The notes below the pieces were generated by a model. That model was not told where the DNA came from, did no database searches, and worked only from the letters and a program-made list of their open reading frames with translations. This document shows, in pieces, positions 35,839 to 47,868 of a stretch of DNA of 50,232 nt. The stretch is from Chara braunii. Lineage: Eukaryota; Plantae; Charophyceae. Position numbers and translations under genes: made by a program. The stretch's first letter is position 1; the number at the start of each line of letters is the position of its first letter. The stretch lies in NCBI GenBank assembly GCA_003427395.1, contig BFEA01000004.1, forward strand, positions 5,654,297 through 5,704,528, read 5' to 3'.

Positions 35839-37637
35839 AGGGTATAGCAATTATGACAACACACACACATACACACACACACAAACACACACAAACACAC
35901 ACAGGGTTGGTGTGAGTAAAATCGACCGCTTTCCGGGGTTTGAACCGACAGTCTGCTGCTAGGATTGCAGGGTTGGTGTGCCACTTTTCTCAGGTGGGAG
36001 GGGGAGGATATCATATGGTAAGGGCATGCGCGCATTGGAACTTTCCAACTGCATTTGACCACAATTCCAACCAGATTCAGGTCCCAAAAAAGCTGGTGAA
36101 GAAATATGCCCTAACTTGGAAACCAATCCCGCACTGCTCCATATGCCTGGACGAAAGTGGCGTCAGTGGTGCAGCATTCACAATTTCCTCTGTCTGCAAG
36201 ACGCTGTCAGATGGCAAAGGAAGGCAAGAAATCTCACCATGGCTGCAGCTGCAGACAAGTTTTTCACCTGTCGCTTGCATGTAAGTGAGCAAGCACAGTT
36301 CCTTCCTCCCCCCTCCCCTCGAGGGTGAACAATTGTTGACAACAAGGGGAGAATGTGAGGAGTGAACAGAGAGATGAAGATGTCCATTCAATTTGCTTGC
36401 ACGCCGTCCAAGCCAGCGTGTCGATTTGCCAACGAATGGGTGTTGGAAACTGCACAGAAAAAAAAAAAAGAAAAAAAAAGAGCATTAGATGGAGTGAGGC
36501 CCATGTGCTCTGTCTTCTTTCCTAAGAAAGAAATGAGATTTGTAAAGTAAAGAAAAGATGGAGAAAAAAATGTGAAAAAAAAAAGAACTGAAATGCACTC
36601 GATAGGATTAGCCAGCTTGTCCGGAAAGCCATGGGAGTGGCCGGCAATTTTTTTGTGAGGGACGCCGGACCCGATTCCCAGCTTGTAATATTAATTATAT
36701 TATTGACAATCCCTACCCTATACTGGGCCTATAGAGTAGAAACGTTTCTAGTCGGATGAATTTGGGCGTTCCTGTAGTAGGCCGTACGTTTCCTACAATC
36801 TTGGTGCGTTAACGGGCACGACTCTAGGAAGTACTGGTGGTTTAAACCACCAGCAGTACCGCTGAAACCCGGATAATCCACCACTACCTGAGCTTCTTTT
36901 TTGCCAAGGCTGATTCCCCCCCCTGCACGCTAAGCTTTGTCAAAATACCAGTCCAGCCTTCTTTTTACTTATTCCTTTTGGCTGGCGCCGCTGGCCATTT
37001 TGGTGGGGTGATATACTACTCGTCCCAACTCTTCGCTATGTCACATTTGCGATTCTCGACATTTCCAGGGAAAGGCGATGGTGGTTTCAGCCTGGACGAG
37101 TCCTGGCCACTGCGCTATTAGCGACATCGACATGAGGCATTTGTTGCCACAGAGCAAATCCTTCTTCCCTTTACAGAAGTTTATTCATGTCAGGGATTCG
37201 GCGTCATCTTGTATCCACTAAGCGTGCCAACCTGACAGCCTACATCGAGTCTATCTAAATTGAGTGGTAGAATACAAAGATCACATGTCTGCTGCTGAGG
37301 GAGGTAATCGGAGGCAGATCTCCCTAATCCCCTCAGCAAGAAACCCTTCCCCCGTCCTGTTACTGTGTTGGAGTCTTGCATTTGGACCATTTGTAGTATC
37401 GGGCTCACTTGGGCCATGTCATATTGTGGCTGCTGAGACCATTTACTACCCCTGCCCCAGCCATCATCATTTATCTGTCCTGAAGCCGGGGTTCCTTCGT
37501 CCTTGGTCACCTTCTTGCCAGTATACTCCATCCTGTCTCATTCCAGCCGCCCGCCTCCCATCGGGAGATTCCCATATCTTCTTCTGACTGGAGCCGCTAC
37601 CGCTGATGATGCTTCCTCTCAGGACTTGAGCACGGAT

Positions 37638-37878
37638 GTAGCATCAGGACCGGGCTTCTTCGATGGGCCAGTCACTGTGCCTCCCCTCAGGTGGTGGTCC
37701 CCTCCCCCTATGAACATCAGCAGTCTCTGCTCAATGCCACTCGGGGGGACCAATGACATATCTCTTGGTGGCGGGCGCCAAGTTTGCCCAGCAAGGTGCA
37801 TGAAGCCAATGGGGATTGAACCCAAGACCTCCTGATTGCCACTTGCGCGCCTTACCAACTGAGATAGGGCGCTGGATG
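37638..37878 (-). mobile_element. tRNA-derived SINE, family 1, copy 2
   Basis: Reverse complement CATCCAGCGCCCTATCTCAGTTGGTAAGG...GGGTTCAATCCCC...GGCATTGAGCAGAGACTGCTGATGTTCATAGGGG aligns with 32284-32513. Confidence 0.85.
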
Positions 37879-37956
37879 AATCTCGGTTTCACTCTTTTCT
37901 TCGAGTTTCCTCCCCCCCCCCCCCCCCCCCCTCTCTTTCTCCTTGTTCTTTCACAA

Positions 37957-38112
37957 AGGGCGATGGCCTTGAGATATCATCATCGAACTGACCGCCCCTA
38001 GGTAATTCAGACTTGTAGTCTTTCACTCATCTGCTTCCAGCGGAGTTCGAACTCCGCACCTGGTCTGTATTTCAACAGTTCAGTCCAGAGGGTGTACCGA
38101 CTGAGCTAAGAC
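37957..38112 (-). mobile_element. tRNA-derived SINE, family 2, copy 1
   Basis: Minus strand has A-box TAGCTCAGTCGGTA and B-box GAGTTCGAACTC; 3' part GAATTACCT..GG...ATGATATCTCA.GGCC.TCGCC is shared with 43220-43374. Confidence 0.7.
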
Positions 38113-38356
38113 AATTGTTTTTTCTTCAAATTTTCAGAGCACCGGGCAGATAAGAGAAATGACCGCAGCGGAAGAAACAACAGACAACCATCCCTGTGAA
38201 GGCTGTGATTCATGATATTCTAATGGGGCGCTGAACCCGGTTTTCAGCAGGTGCCGCTCCCCACCAATAGATGTAGCAGCACAACAGATAAGCCCTCAAT
38301 TCGGACGGTTCTCTTACCACCCCCGGGATGGAGGGCTTACGCAGAGGCTTACCAAC

Positions 38357-38391
<35 letters not shown>

Positions 38392-38635
38392 TGGTGCTCG
38401 TGCATTTAACTTTTAAAGTAGAAGTTAGCTGAGTTTGCTTCACCGAGGTGTAGGCCTCTCCACAAAGGTTCAAGTTTGAACAAAAACAGCCTGACAGACT
38501 AACCCTGAATCCCGACGGTTCTCTTACCACTGCCGGGATAGAGGGTTTCCACAAGGACTTTTCTTTAAAAAAAAGAAAAAAGAAAAAAAAAAGAAAAAAA
38601 AAAAGAAAAAGAGAGAACAAAAAGAAACTGACAAA

Positions 38636-39096
38636 GGGCCTCGCCGGACGGTCGAGAACACGAACAAAAAAAACGATTCCGTTTTGTGAACGCACCGCCG
38701 CATAGCACCCACGCGATTGTGGTCAGAACGAACTCGCGAACCCTGTCAGATTCTCCGTTCGCGAGGTTGTGCCAGTTCACCGACCATCCCCGCCTGGAAC
38801 TCGCACAAAGTCACAGGTCCTCCGCAGGGCCGGTGATGGAGCTGTGAATCCACGCGAACACTCCATGTCTGTCCAACCGGAGTCCGACCAATTTCTTGGA
38901 CCGTGGCGCAAGTCGGTGCTCGTACAGCGCACGGAGAAGCTGCACGAAAGTCGCCAGGCCGAAGCCGCGAGTATGTTCGCGCGCGCTGTGCGGCGGTGAG
39001 GCTAAAAACGAAACGAAGTGACGATCTCCAGGATCGTGTGGCCTCGCGAGGTTGCCCCTAGTTTCGTTTCGTTTTTCCCACCGTCCGGCGAGGCCC
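38636..39096. mobile_element. 461-bp non-autonomous PIF/Harbinger-like element
   Basis: Perfect 17-bp TIR GGGCCTCGCCGGACGGT / ACCGTCCGGCGAGGCCC; AAA on both sides; the first 9 nt match the 49258 MITE. Confidence 0.8.
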
Positions 39097-39669
39097 AAAG
39101 AGAGAACAAAAGGAAACTGAAAAAAAGAGTCAAACCGATGGATAGATGCCAATTGGAGTATGTATTACATTTACGAAAAAAAAGGGGGCAGAAAAAAACA
39201 GTCCCTCGATTGCAGAGCAGCTCCCAACTCTGGAAACCTGCGGCTGGATTACCCTTCCTTTGCAATATACTCGGAAATGTAGTTCGCGCATTGGGTAACC
39301 GTACCGAGTGATTCACAATTTTTCTTTTTAACTTTTTTTTTTTGTTGAAAATAGCCCTTGCGTAAGCCCTCTGTCGCGGTGGTGGTGAGAGAACTGTCAG
39401 AATTGAGGGCTTATCTGTCGGGCTGCTCCATCTCTTGGTGGGGAGCGGCACCTGCTGGAAACCGGGTCCAGCGTCCCATTGAACATCATGTAGCACAGAG
39501 TTGTTTGTTTGTGTTTGTAGTTGTAGCCTTGTAAGGCTATGGACGCTTCTGTTCTCAATCCGGGGCTCCATTTTCCCCTGGAGCTGCTGATATCACCCAT
39601 CCCATGTTGGAGCAACCTTGTTTAATGGGGTAGCCCTGTTCTGCAGCCCCCCTTATCGTTGTTGCAATG

Positions 39670-39905
39670 CATACTTGCAAGCGGACGCCGTCCGGGCGGC
39701 TCTGCACGTGCGGCAGACCGTCGGACCGGACCCGCGCAGCGCACGAATGTGCGCCCGACGACCAGCTACGCCCCACCCAAAAAAAAAAAAAAAAAAAACC
39801 GCCCTGTCCGGTCCGGTCCGGGTCCGTCCGGTCCAGGGGTAGGGTGCCGCACGCGGCAAAGCGACCGGACCGGACGCTCGTCCAGTCCGTCTGCTTGCAA
39901 GTATG
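39670..39905. mobile_element. 236-bp hAT-like MITE
   Basis: TIR CATACTTGCAAGCGGACG / CGTCTGCTTGCAAGTATG; perfect 8-bp TSD TTGCAATG (39662-39669, 39906-39913); internal CCGGA/TCCGG motifs. Confidence 0.9.
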
Positions 39906-40605
39906 TTGCAATGTATTTAAAACCTAGACGCTCTCTGAACTCATGAATAAAACCCACGCAATCCGTGAAGGCCAGCGACGTGGAATGGGATGAAGCACTA
40001 GGCACTGCGACGCAGGATGATAGCGGGGACGATGGGTTGCTAGGAAGGCACACGTGATCCCTGAGGCTGACCTATCTGTAATGAGATGAAGTGCTGGGAA
40101 GCACGTGTTGTTGCTTTGTCTGTCTTCTACTCCCCGCATCCCTCCCAAAGTAACCACCTTGCATAGCGCTTGGTTTTCCGTTCGTAAACCAAGTCCACCG
40201 TACCTGGTCTGTCTCCATCAGCCTTGCAAGATGCAGGCCGTCATACCTGTCTTCCATCAGCCTTGGGATCAGTAGGCCTGGTCACTTCCGGGTTGCGATC
40301 TCCCCCGTATTTGTCGTTGCTATCTCTGACTCTTTTTGCCTACCTCCTTCCTCAACTCTTCCAAGACTCAACTTTCTGAACGTTCCAAACGCTACAGGTC
40401 GGTGCTGGAAACGAGGACTCTTTTTTTCTTGCAGGGAGTGACCTGTGTCATGGTAGAGGGTAGAGTGCCGATGGTCGTCGACATTGGGTCTCACTCCACT
40501 ACACAAAAATCGCACATCTCGAAGCTTTCCCGAACCAAGTCCATTCACTACTGTTACACCGCTATCACGCATTTGGTCGTTTTCTGGACCAAGTGCGTCC
40601 ATTCA

Positions 40606-40716
40606 CTACACAACACAGTACACGCATTCGGACACTTTTCTCGACCCCACACACATTCAAAGAGCTCAACAATTTGAATGTGTCTGGTCCCAGAAGTGTC
40701 CAAGAGTGTTGTGTAG
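40606..40716. repeat. Imperfect foldback hairpin
   Basis: Nested pairs CTACACAACAC/GTGTTGTGTAG, GGACACTT/AAGTGTCC and ACACATTCAAA/TTTGAATGTGT. Confidence 0.75.
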
Positions 40717-41133
40717 CAGAGTGGGGTCGGTTGTCATTTTCGCCTGATCGGGGGAAACACTGATCATGGCTGCTATACTGTTTACTACACTCTCACGGAG
40801 TCTCGCCATAAAAAAAAAAACACCAGTATTTCCAACGTCTGCCTGCCAAACACTTCCGAAGCGGGGCAGGCCTCCTGCCTGCCTTTTTGTTCCGAAGGCT
40901 GAGTCCTGAAAGTTGTGGCCGCACGCAAGCCGCAACTCTGGAAGAAAAAATAAAAATCTGGGAAACCTGCTGGTGGTGGTCTAAATTATTGAAATGGAAG
41001 TGAGTTGGGGTCACTGTGATGAAGGGAGTCAGTTGGTTTCAACTTAACTTTCACGGTGGCAATGGGGCTGTGGCAGCCACAGCTTTCCCACTGACCCTAC
41101 AGCTTAAGGCTGGAAAGGGAACCACTTGGTCCC

Positions 41134-41171
<38 letters not shown>

Positions 41172-43219
41172 GACAGTCCCTTCAGCAGTTGGCCACTTGA
41201 TCATCCAGATGAATTTTCTGTACAGGCCCCCTATGAGACTCCCTCTCACCCTTACTCATCATTCCTGTCCCCGGCGCATCCCTACTCCACAGCTTCAGCC
41301 TGCCAAGGGAACCACTTGGTCCTTTGCCATTAGTACCAATTGTCCGCAGCTGACGTCATTATTTTCATCCGAACTGCGGAAAGTTGACGATTACGGTGTC
41401 TCTTCTTTTTCCCCACGTTACTTTTTCTGTTTTTCATTGTTGAGCATCACAGCGCAATGCCCCAACCTTGGGCGCCACCCGAATGGAGGCCTTGCGGGAG
41501 GGATGGCGACGCTGTTAGTATGGGCCTCGTTCGACACCATTAGAAAACTCTTACATGTAAGGGTTTCATTGTTCCACCCCTCGCTAATGACGAAAAACAA
41601 GATGCCAATCTGTTTTCACATTCGCGACCGTAAGGGCAAGCCCCACAAAAGTAACGACTCCCCAGCCAAAACGGACGCAAACGTAAGGACGGCCGTGGAG
41701 GTGACTTGAAAGTAGGGGTGGCGCCCTTACTTCCACGGAAAAACCGCTCGTTTTTTTCTTTTTTTTCTTTTTTGTCAGGTGTTTCCTTCGCGTTCCTGGT
41801 CCAACGGCTGGGTTGTCCGGTATACCGCGGGACGGCGGTCCCACGGTCACCTCCAACGGGTAGCGCGGTCACCCAGCTGTGGTATGGATTTAATTCAAAT
41901 GTTTCTGTAACCTAAGACTCCAGAAAATTAGGTCACCATCGAATGGACTCTTGGTGGAACGGACCACTTTGTGTTTGCAACTCTTTTTAATCCAACTCAA
42001 TCGAATGAGATTGAACTGGCGCCGCTGCCACTTCGTGGCCTTGGACATGTCCTGCGGTCCCTGTGGTTAGCCGTTTCGGCTTGCGTGTGGACGCGACCGT
42101 TGCAGGGGCCCCGCGGAGGCGGGCATGCGAGTGTCGTTGGACAACAGGAAAGGAGCATCGGATACATCGGACGACATGCAGACGGCTGCCAACGCCTGGA
42201 CTATGGCGGCCTCCCTCCTCCCCCTACCCCTCCCAGCCGCCCGCCACAATCCGTTCACCGTCTCCATGTACCGACACACAGCGAGGACAGCACTAGCGAC
42301 CATGCTCTTCTCAGTGGTTGACAATCTCCTCGTCGCCGCCTCATCGCACCCACCGCTGTCCATAGCTGGACTCCGCTGTGTAAACAAGGCACGCGGCAGT
42401 CACGCGACGCCACATGCGTTGGTGTAATGGTGGACGAGTGCCCGCGACAGGGCCACGCCCGTCTTGGAGAAATGGCTGGCCCGGGTCTCCCACGGGCCCA
42501 AAGGTGGTGGACACGATTTCGTCCGCCGCAACACCGGGTCGGACACTCGCATTCTCTTCTCGACCACGTTAGGCGCAAACAGGGGCACCGGAAATGTAAG
42601 CGCGACAAAGTGTAGGGTTTTCGTAACTGGTTGCGGAACGAAAAACAGGGTAAGGGAAACAGGAGTGTGTACCCCTGGAAATAATACCCACGGTAGATAT
42701 AACACCCTCCTCAAGTCGGGCAGCCAAACCGCCGAGGCTGAGGTAAAGAACGGCAGGGGTTGGAGGAGTGCGCAGAGGGGGCGTGGGTCAACAGGAGCGC
42801 CGAAATGAAAAGTGAAACACAGAGTGCCTGATGGTATGAAAGATCCTCTCCATATCTCCAAAAGGTGTACAGCAAAGATGACGAGAAAATATTTTGAGTG
42901 GAGTGACGGAAAGAGAAGTGAAAGATGGAGTTGTAGATGGCGTAAAAGGTCGTCTTGATATCTCCAAAAGGTGTACGATAAGGGTGATAGGAAAATCTTT
43001 TTAGTGGTGACGACAAAAACTTCAAGTTTTGGAGTGATGAACGGAGGTAGTCGCAGATAAAAGGAGGCAGTAGTAAATGGAGGATCGTGGATTGATCTGC
43101 TGACGGCAATGATTCGAGCGTGGCGCAGGAAATTGTATCGAACTCCGTGAGGGTAACGAGGCAAACAAATGCGGTTGCTTAACAAAACAAAACAAACAAA
43201 AAAAACGAAAAGAGAAACA

Positions 43220-43374
43220 GGCGACGGCCGTGAGATATCATCATTGAAATAACCGGCCCCAGGTAATTCAAGAATGAATCTGAATGATTGTATTCTGGTC
43301 TTCCGGGTTACCTCTAGATTCGAACTCAGGTCTGTGTTCCAAGTGTTCATATGTGTACCAACTGTACTAGGCCC
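43220..43374 (-). mobile_element. tRNA-derived SINE, family 2, copy 2
   Basis: Minus strand has TAGTACAGTTGGTA (A-box) and GAGTTCGAATC (B-box); homologous to 37957-38112; followed by a T-rich tract. Confidence 0.7.
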
Positions 43375-44815
43375 CTCGGTGCTATGGTTGCTTTAACATC
43401 ACGTGGTGATGGTTTATTGTGATAGAGAGAGCTCTTTGTAACTTCGCGCAGGAGGCCGCTGGGTCGTTCGCGCATGCATCACAAAGCATACAAAATGCAA
43501 GAGCAATTCACCCTTGAAGGCTACATACCCCTTTTATTAAGCAGCGCTTAGCCTTCGGAGAGCACTTCTCCTACCCTTACCCCCTTTGATGGGTAGGAGA
43601 AACACCTTTGACGCGCCAAGGGCATTTGTCCTACCCGTCGAAGGGAAGCAGGTTAGAAGGGCGACATGGTTATATTGGAGCTGTCGCTCGCATCTCCATT
43701 GCGTCGATGCCCAACTCAGATTGTCTTAGAAGGGAAACAACGAAGAGGAGCAGGAAGAGGGAGGGTCGAGAGGGAAGGGGAAAGAGGTAGTACTGATAGC
43801 TATGACAACGGACGAGGAGGGTCATGTGGCTAGAAAGGTTGTCAGCGCCATTAAATTACCACAACACCAGCCTGGCAGCCTCACACTGCACGCCAAACTA
43901 CCGCCCCGGCGGGCACTGCAGTCGTTATGATCAGGTAGCCTTGAGCCTCCAAAAATGTAGGAGCGAGCCATTCGTCTTACCAGGTGTAATCTTTGAACTT
44001 TAAACCACCTCCAATCCAATACCTTTCCCAGCAACAGCAAAAATGTGACGTCCAAAGACATTTCAGGGTCCAAAGATTTCCAATGAACAGTGCTAATACG
44101 GGACCAAGCGGGTGATGGTCCCAGGCAAACAAAAAGAGAACAAAGGTGCATAAAGCTTTGCATTAAGGGGGAATCTGCCTCTACCAAAAGAGGGGGGGTG
44201 GGAAGGACTGGTTCTATAATGGATTGCCAATTACTGTTCTATTTTTCTTAAAAAAAAAAAAAAAAAAAAAAAAAAGCCCGGAAATGGTAGGCAGTATTGT
44301 TGTTCTACATTCACCAGGAGGAAACGAAAAACACAAAAAAGAAAAAGGAGTGAAGAATCATTAAGGGTTGGACTTGCTTCAATTTGGAAGACATAATAAG
44401 TAACACAACCATGACACTGGACAATATTGCCAATATTGAATATTCCCTTTCCAATTTTTTGATATGCCGGGTCTCGCTCTGCGAGCCTTTGATTTGATCA
44501 GAATTGCAAGGTCAAACAACTCATACTCAAATTTTATCAACATTTGTCTTTTTTTTCTTCTTTTTTTTCTTCTTTTTTTTCTTCTTTTTTTTTTTCTTTT
44601 TTTTTTCTTTTCATACAAGGCCCTCGTGATTCATGGCGGGGAAAAAAAAACAAAATCTAATGCTACAATGGCACTCTCTACTCTGTGAAGCATGCAATTT
44701 CTTCAAGTGCCATTTCGTTTCATGCGCGTAATGTACTTTATGGCTCTCATGTCTGCTTTATCTCCATTACACTCTCTATCTCCATGCCTCCTCCCTCCAT
44801 CTCCTCCTTGGGGGC

Positions 44816-45212
44816 AAGATACAGTTTGCAATTGCACTAGGGGCACCCTACCTGGCCAGAAAGCTGGGTTGTGTTTGTTGCCCGAACTGCAGAGAAGTTT
44901 TCTGGTGGGGAAGAACACTCAACACACATTCTCCCTCCATCTTCTCCTTGATGCATCTTTGATTCAACTTCCCTCTCCTTTGTCACCCTTCATCTCGCCG
45001 ATTGCCTCTACTCATCGCTGCATTCCCTTCACTCACTCGTGCTATTGTTTATAAAACTTCTTTCGTTAATTACGCAGGAGCCACAGAAACGAGTTCTAAT
45101 CGCACTATGAAGATACAGTTTGCAATTGCACTTGGGGCACCCTACCTGGCCAGGAAGCTTGGTTGTGTACATTGCCCAAACTGCAGAGAAGTTTTCTGGT
45201 GGGGGAGAACAC
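44816..45212. repeat. Spaced direct repeat (~103 bp x2)
   Basis: AAGATACAGTTTGCAATTGCACT...GAAGTTTTCTGGTGGGG at 44816-44918 and 45110-45212. Confidence 0.88.
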
Positions 45213-45309
45213 AACGCACAGACGACAGAGAAGTTTTGGAGGCATTTTGAAGTGTTTTTTATTTTTTTTCTTAAGAATTTTGATTAGAAAATAATCCTAA
45301 AAAAAACGA

Positions 45310-45465
45310 TGCTGGTGGAGGGAGGTGGGAGGAAAGACGGGGTGATGGTGGAGGAAGGTGGGAGAGAGACGGGACGATGGTGGAGGGAGGTGGGAGGAGA
45401 GACGGGGCNGGCGATGGTGGAGGGAGGTGGGAGGAGAGACGGGGGGATGGTGGAGGGATGTGGTG
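45310..45465. repeat. G-rich ~33-bp minisatellite
   Basis: GATGGTGGAGGGAGGTGGGAGGAGAGACGGG repeated ~5 times. Confidence 0.88.
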
Positions 45466-45505
45466 ATGGCAATCATGTAGCAGGGGGCTACTGTGGACGA
45501 AGGGG

Positions 45506-45586
<81 letters not shown>

Positions 45587-45923
45587 GTGTGTGTCTGTGT
45601 GTGTGTGGCTGTGCAGATACTCCTTGCCACACACAGACCTTGGGCGAGAGGAATCGCTGCGCGCATTGGAATCACTGCGCGCATCAATCGAATCGCAATT
45701 CTTTTTTGTTTTGGCCGCACGTGCCAACCTTATCCACCGTAAGCCCTTCCTTATTTGAACCTATTACCTTTCTTTTTCTTCTTCTTCTTCTTCTACCTCG
45801 CGGGCTGCATGAAGGCGATGGCAGGCTGTGGAAGGGCGCGGCAGCAGGGCAGAGTGAGGCCAGCCGATCGTCGGAGGAATGCACACTTTGACAGCGCGAT
45901 TTCGCGGGGCATTCGGGGGCTGC

Positions 45924-46130
45924 CCCCCACATGAAATCGCACGGGCAAACAGTTTGAAATCCCACGATTTCTGGCCGTCATTCTTCAAAATTGACGGCCA
46001 GAAATCGTGAGATTTCTCAAGCCTCCCCCCCACATGAAATCGCACGGGCAAACAGTTTGAAATCCCACAATTTATGGCCGTCATTCTTCAAAATTGACGG
46101 CCAGAAATCGCGAGATTTCTCAAGCCTCCC
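45924..46130. repeat. Tandem ~103-bp duplication, each unit with a long hairpin
   Basis: CACGATTTCTGGCCGTCA-loop-TGACGGCCAGAAATCGTG (45963-46009), repeated with variants. Confidence 0.9.
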
Positions 46131-46849
46131 AGTGGCCGGTAGAGGGCCCCCTATTTATTTTTATTTTGGCCCAGGGGTCCCGTGAGGCCGGCGCGAGCGC
46201 CCAGGCCCCGAAATCACCCGGAAAAAAAGTTTCCAGGTCGGCATCAATTGCGACCGAAGGCCCGACTGGCAGTCCTGACTGGCCAGGCGCCTGGTCGCAA
46301 AACTGCGCTTGCATTCAGGACCCGGGCGCCCCGGATTTCGCCCTAGACTCCCACGTAGTTTTCCAAACTTTTTTTTATCTTTCATTTTCTTTTCTTTTTC
46401 TTTTCTCTGTTATACGAAAGTTCTACACGTTCCAGGTAGGGTGGTTGGCATTCGAGAGCGCTGGTAACAACCCGTCTAGCTAGCATATGAATGTAATCAC
46501 ACATTTTGTTAACGCGATTGGAAATGTCGAACTGGTGCAGCTTCCCACCCTCTCTGTGTGTCTTCGATCTGGGGAGTCCTCTCACCACCATCCACATCGA
46601 GTTGCACAACGATATTGCATTATGCCACAATCCCTCACATGAAAGAGTAAGTGAACACAGCATCAAAGACAAAGCAAAGTGCACGACCATTGACATCGAC
46701 AAGCACAAAAAGAAGCGAACAGTACAGGTAAGGCGGCCCCAACACCGCATTTCGGCAGAAGCCACACCGTTATGCCTCAGGAGGTTTCCTCCTCCCTCCA
46801 ACACTTCACCGTCTCTTCCACTAAGAGGTCTACCGATTCGCACTACCAG

Positions 46850-47590
46850 GTAATCAGAATATACCTACATCGTAGCACACGTCGGGTCGATACCGCACCT
46901 AGTCCCAATGTCTTAGTCAATCAACAAACAATAAAGTACCTGGTACCAGTACTACAGCCTGGACTAAGTCCAGCACTCGTAGCCTTGCGACACACAAAGT
47001 AAATGCCGGTACCGAGAAACCACATCGAGTGTTCGAGTCAAAGCCCCAACTAGGTCCTCTACTTCGCAAACACACAAAAGAGATGGTAACAAATGTCACC
47101 AATTCCAACCTCTACTCGTAGCCTCGCGACACACAAAGTAAATGCCGGTACCGAGAAACCACATCAAGTGTTCGAGTCGAAGGCCCAACTAGGTCCTACT
47201 TCGCGAACACACAAAAGAGATGGTACTAAATGTCACTGATTCCAACCCCCACCTAGGTAGGCAGGCCGAGCGTTCAAAACCCGTGCACCTACGTAGAGTC
47301 CATTCGACAAACAAGAACGTACCTGGTCCCAATACTACAGCCGGTACTAAGTCCGGTACTTGTAGCCTCGCAACAAACAAAGTAAATGCTGGTACCAAGA
47401 AAACGAGTCAGGTTCCGAGTCTCAAACCCATCTAGGTCCTACCCACATGCTAAAAGTCACCGATCCGGACCTCCGCCTCAGTAGGCAGGTCGAGTGGTCG
47501 AAACCCGCGCACCTCCTTCCTATGTTAATAACAACTCAAAAAAGAAGAACGGCGAACACACACGTCACGAGTTCAAAACTCCGCCTAGGC
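46850..47590. repeat. Degenerate nested tandem repeat
   Basis: GTAGCCTCGCGACACACAAAGTAAATGCCGGTACCGAGAAAC...CTAGGTCCT recurs at ~46980, 47118 and 47362. Confidence 0.8.
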
Positions 47591-47789
47591 TGTCCTAGAG
47601 CAATGACGTACAAGTACACAACTCCATTCAGGCAAGGATTAACACAACTGGCGAGACCTGTGGCTGCCATTCTGACTGTCCTGTCCAAACAACGATATTG
47701 CCCTTTAAAAAAAAAAAAAAAAAAAAAAAGGGCAAAAAAAAAAACAGAGGACTAAATTTGACAAAATTGTTTTGTGTGAGAAGTCCTAA

Positions 47790-47868
47790 TCGTTAATACG
47801 GAAGATGAACGTGAGTCAGTTGTTAATACGGAAGATGAACGCGAGTCCATTGTTAATATGGAAGATGC
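47790..47868. repeat. 30-bp minisatellite x3
   Basis: GTTAATACGGAAGATGAACG at 30-bp spacing. Confidence 0.9.

Noticed and set aside
42400-43350. 316-aa ORF, the longest without Ns
   Set aside because: No recognisable domain; L/F/S/P-rich composition typical of the antisense of purine-rich DNA; its start overlaps a SINE.
43822-44187. Possible additional LINE C-terminal fragment
   Set aside because: Only a vague HLxxLFVC...W...LLG resemblance; no intact CCHC motif, tail or TSD.
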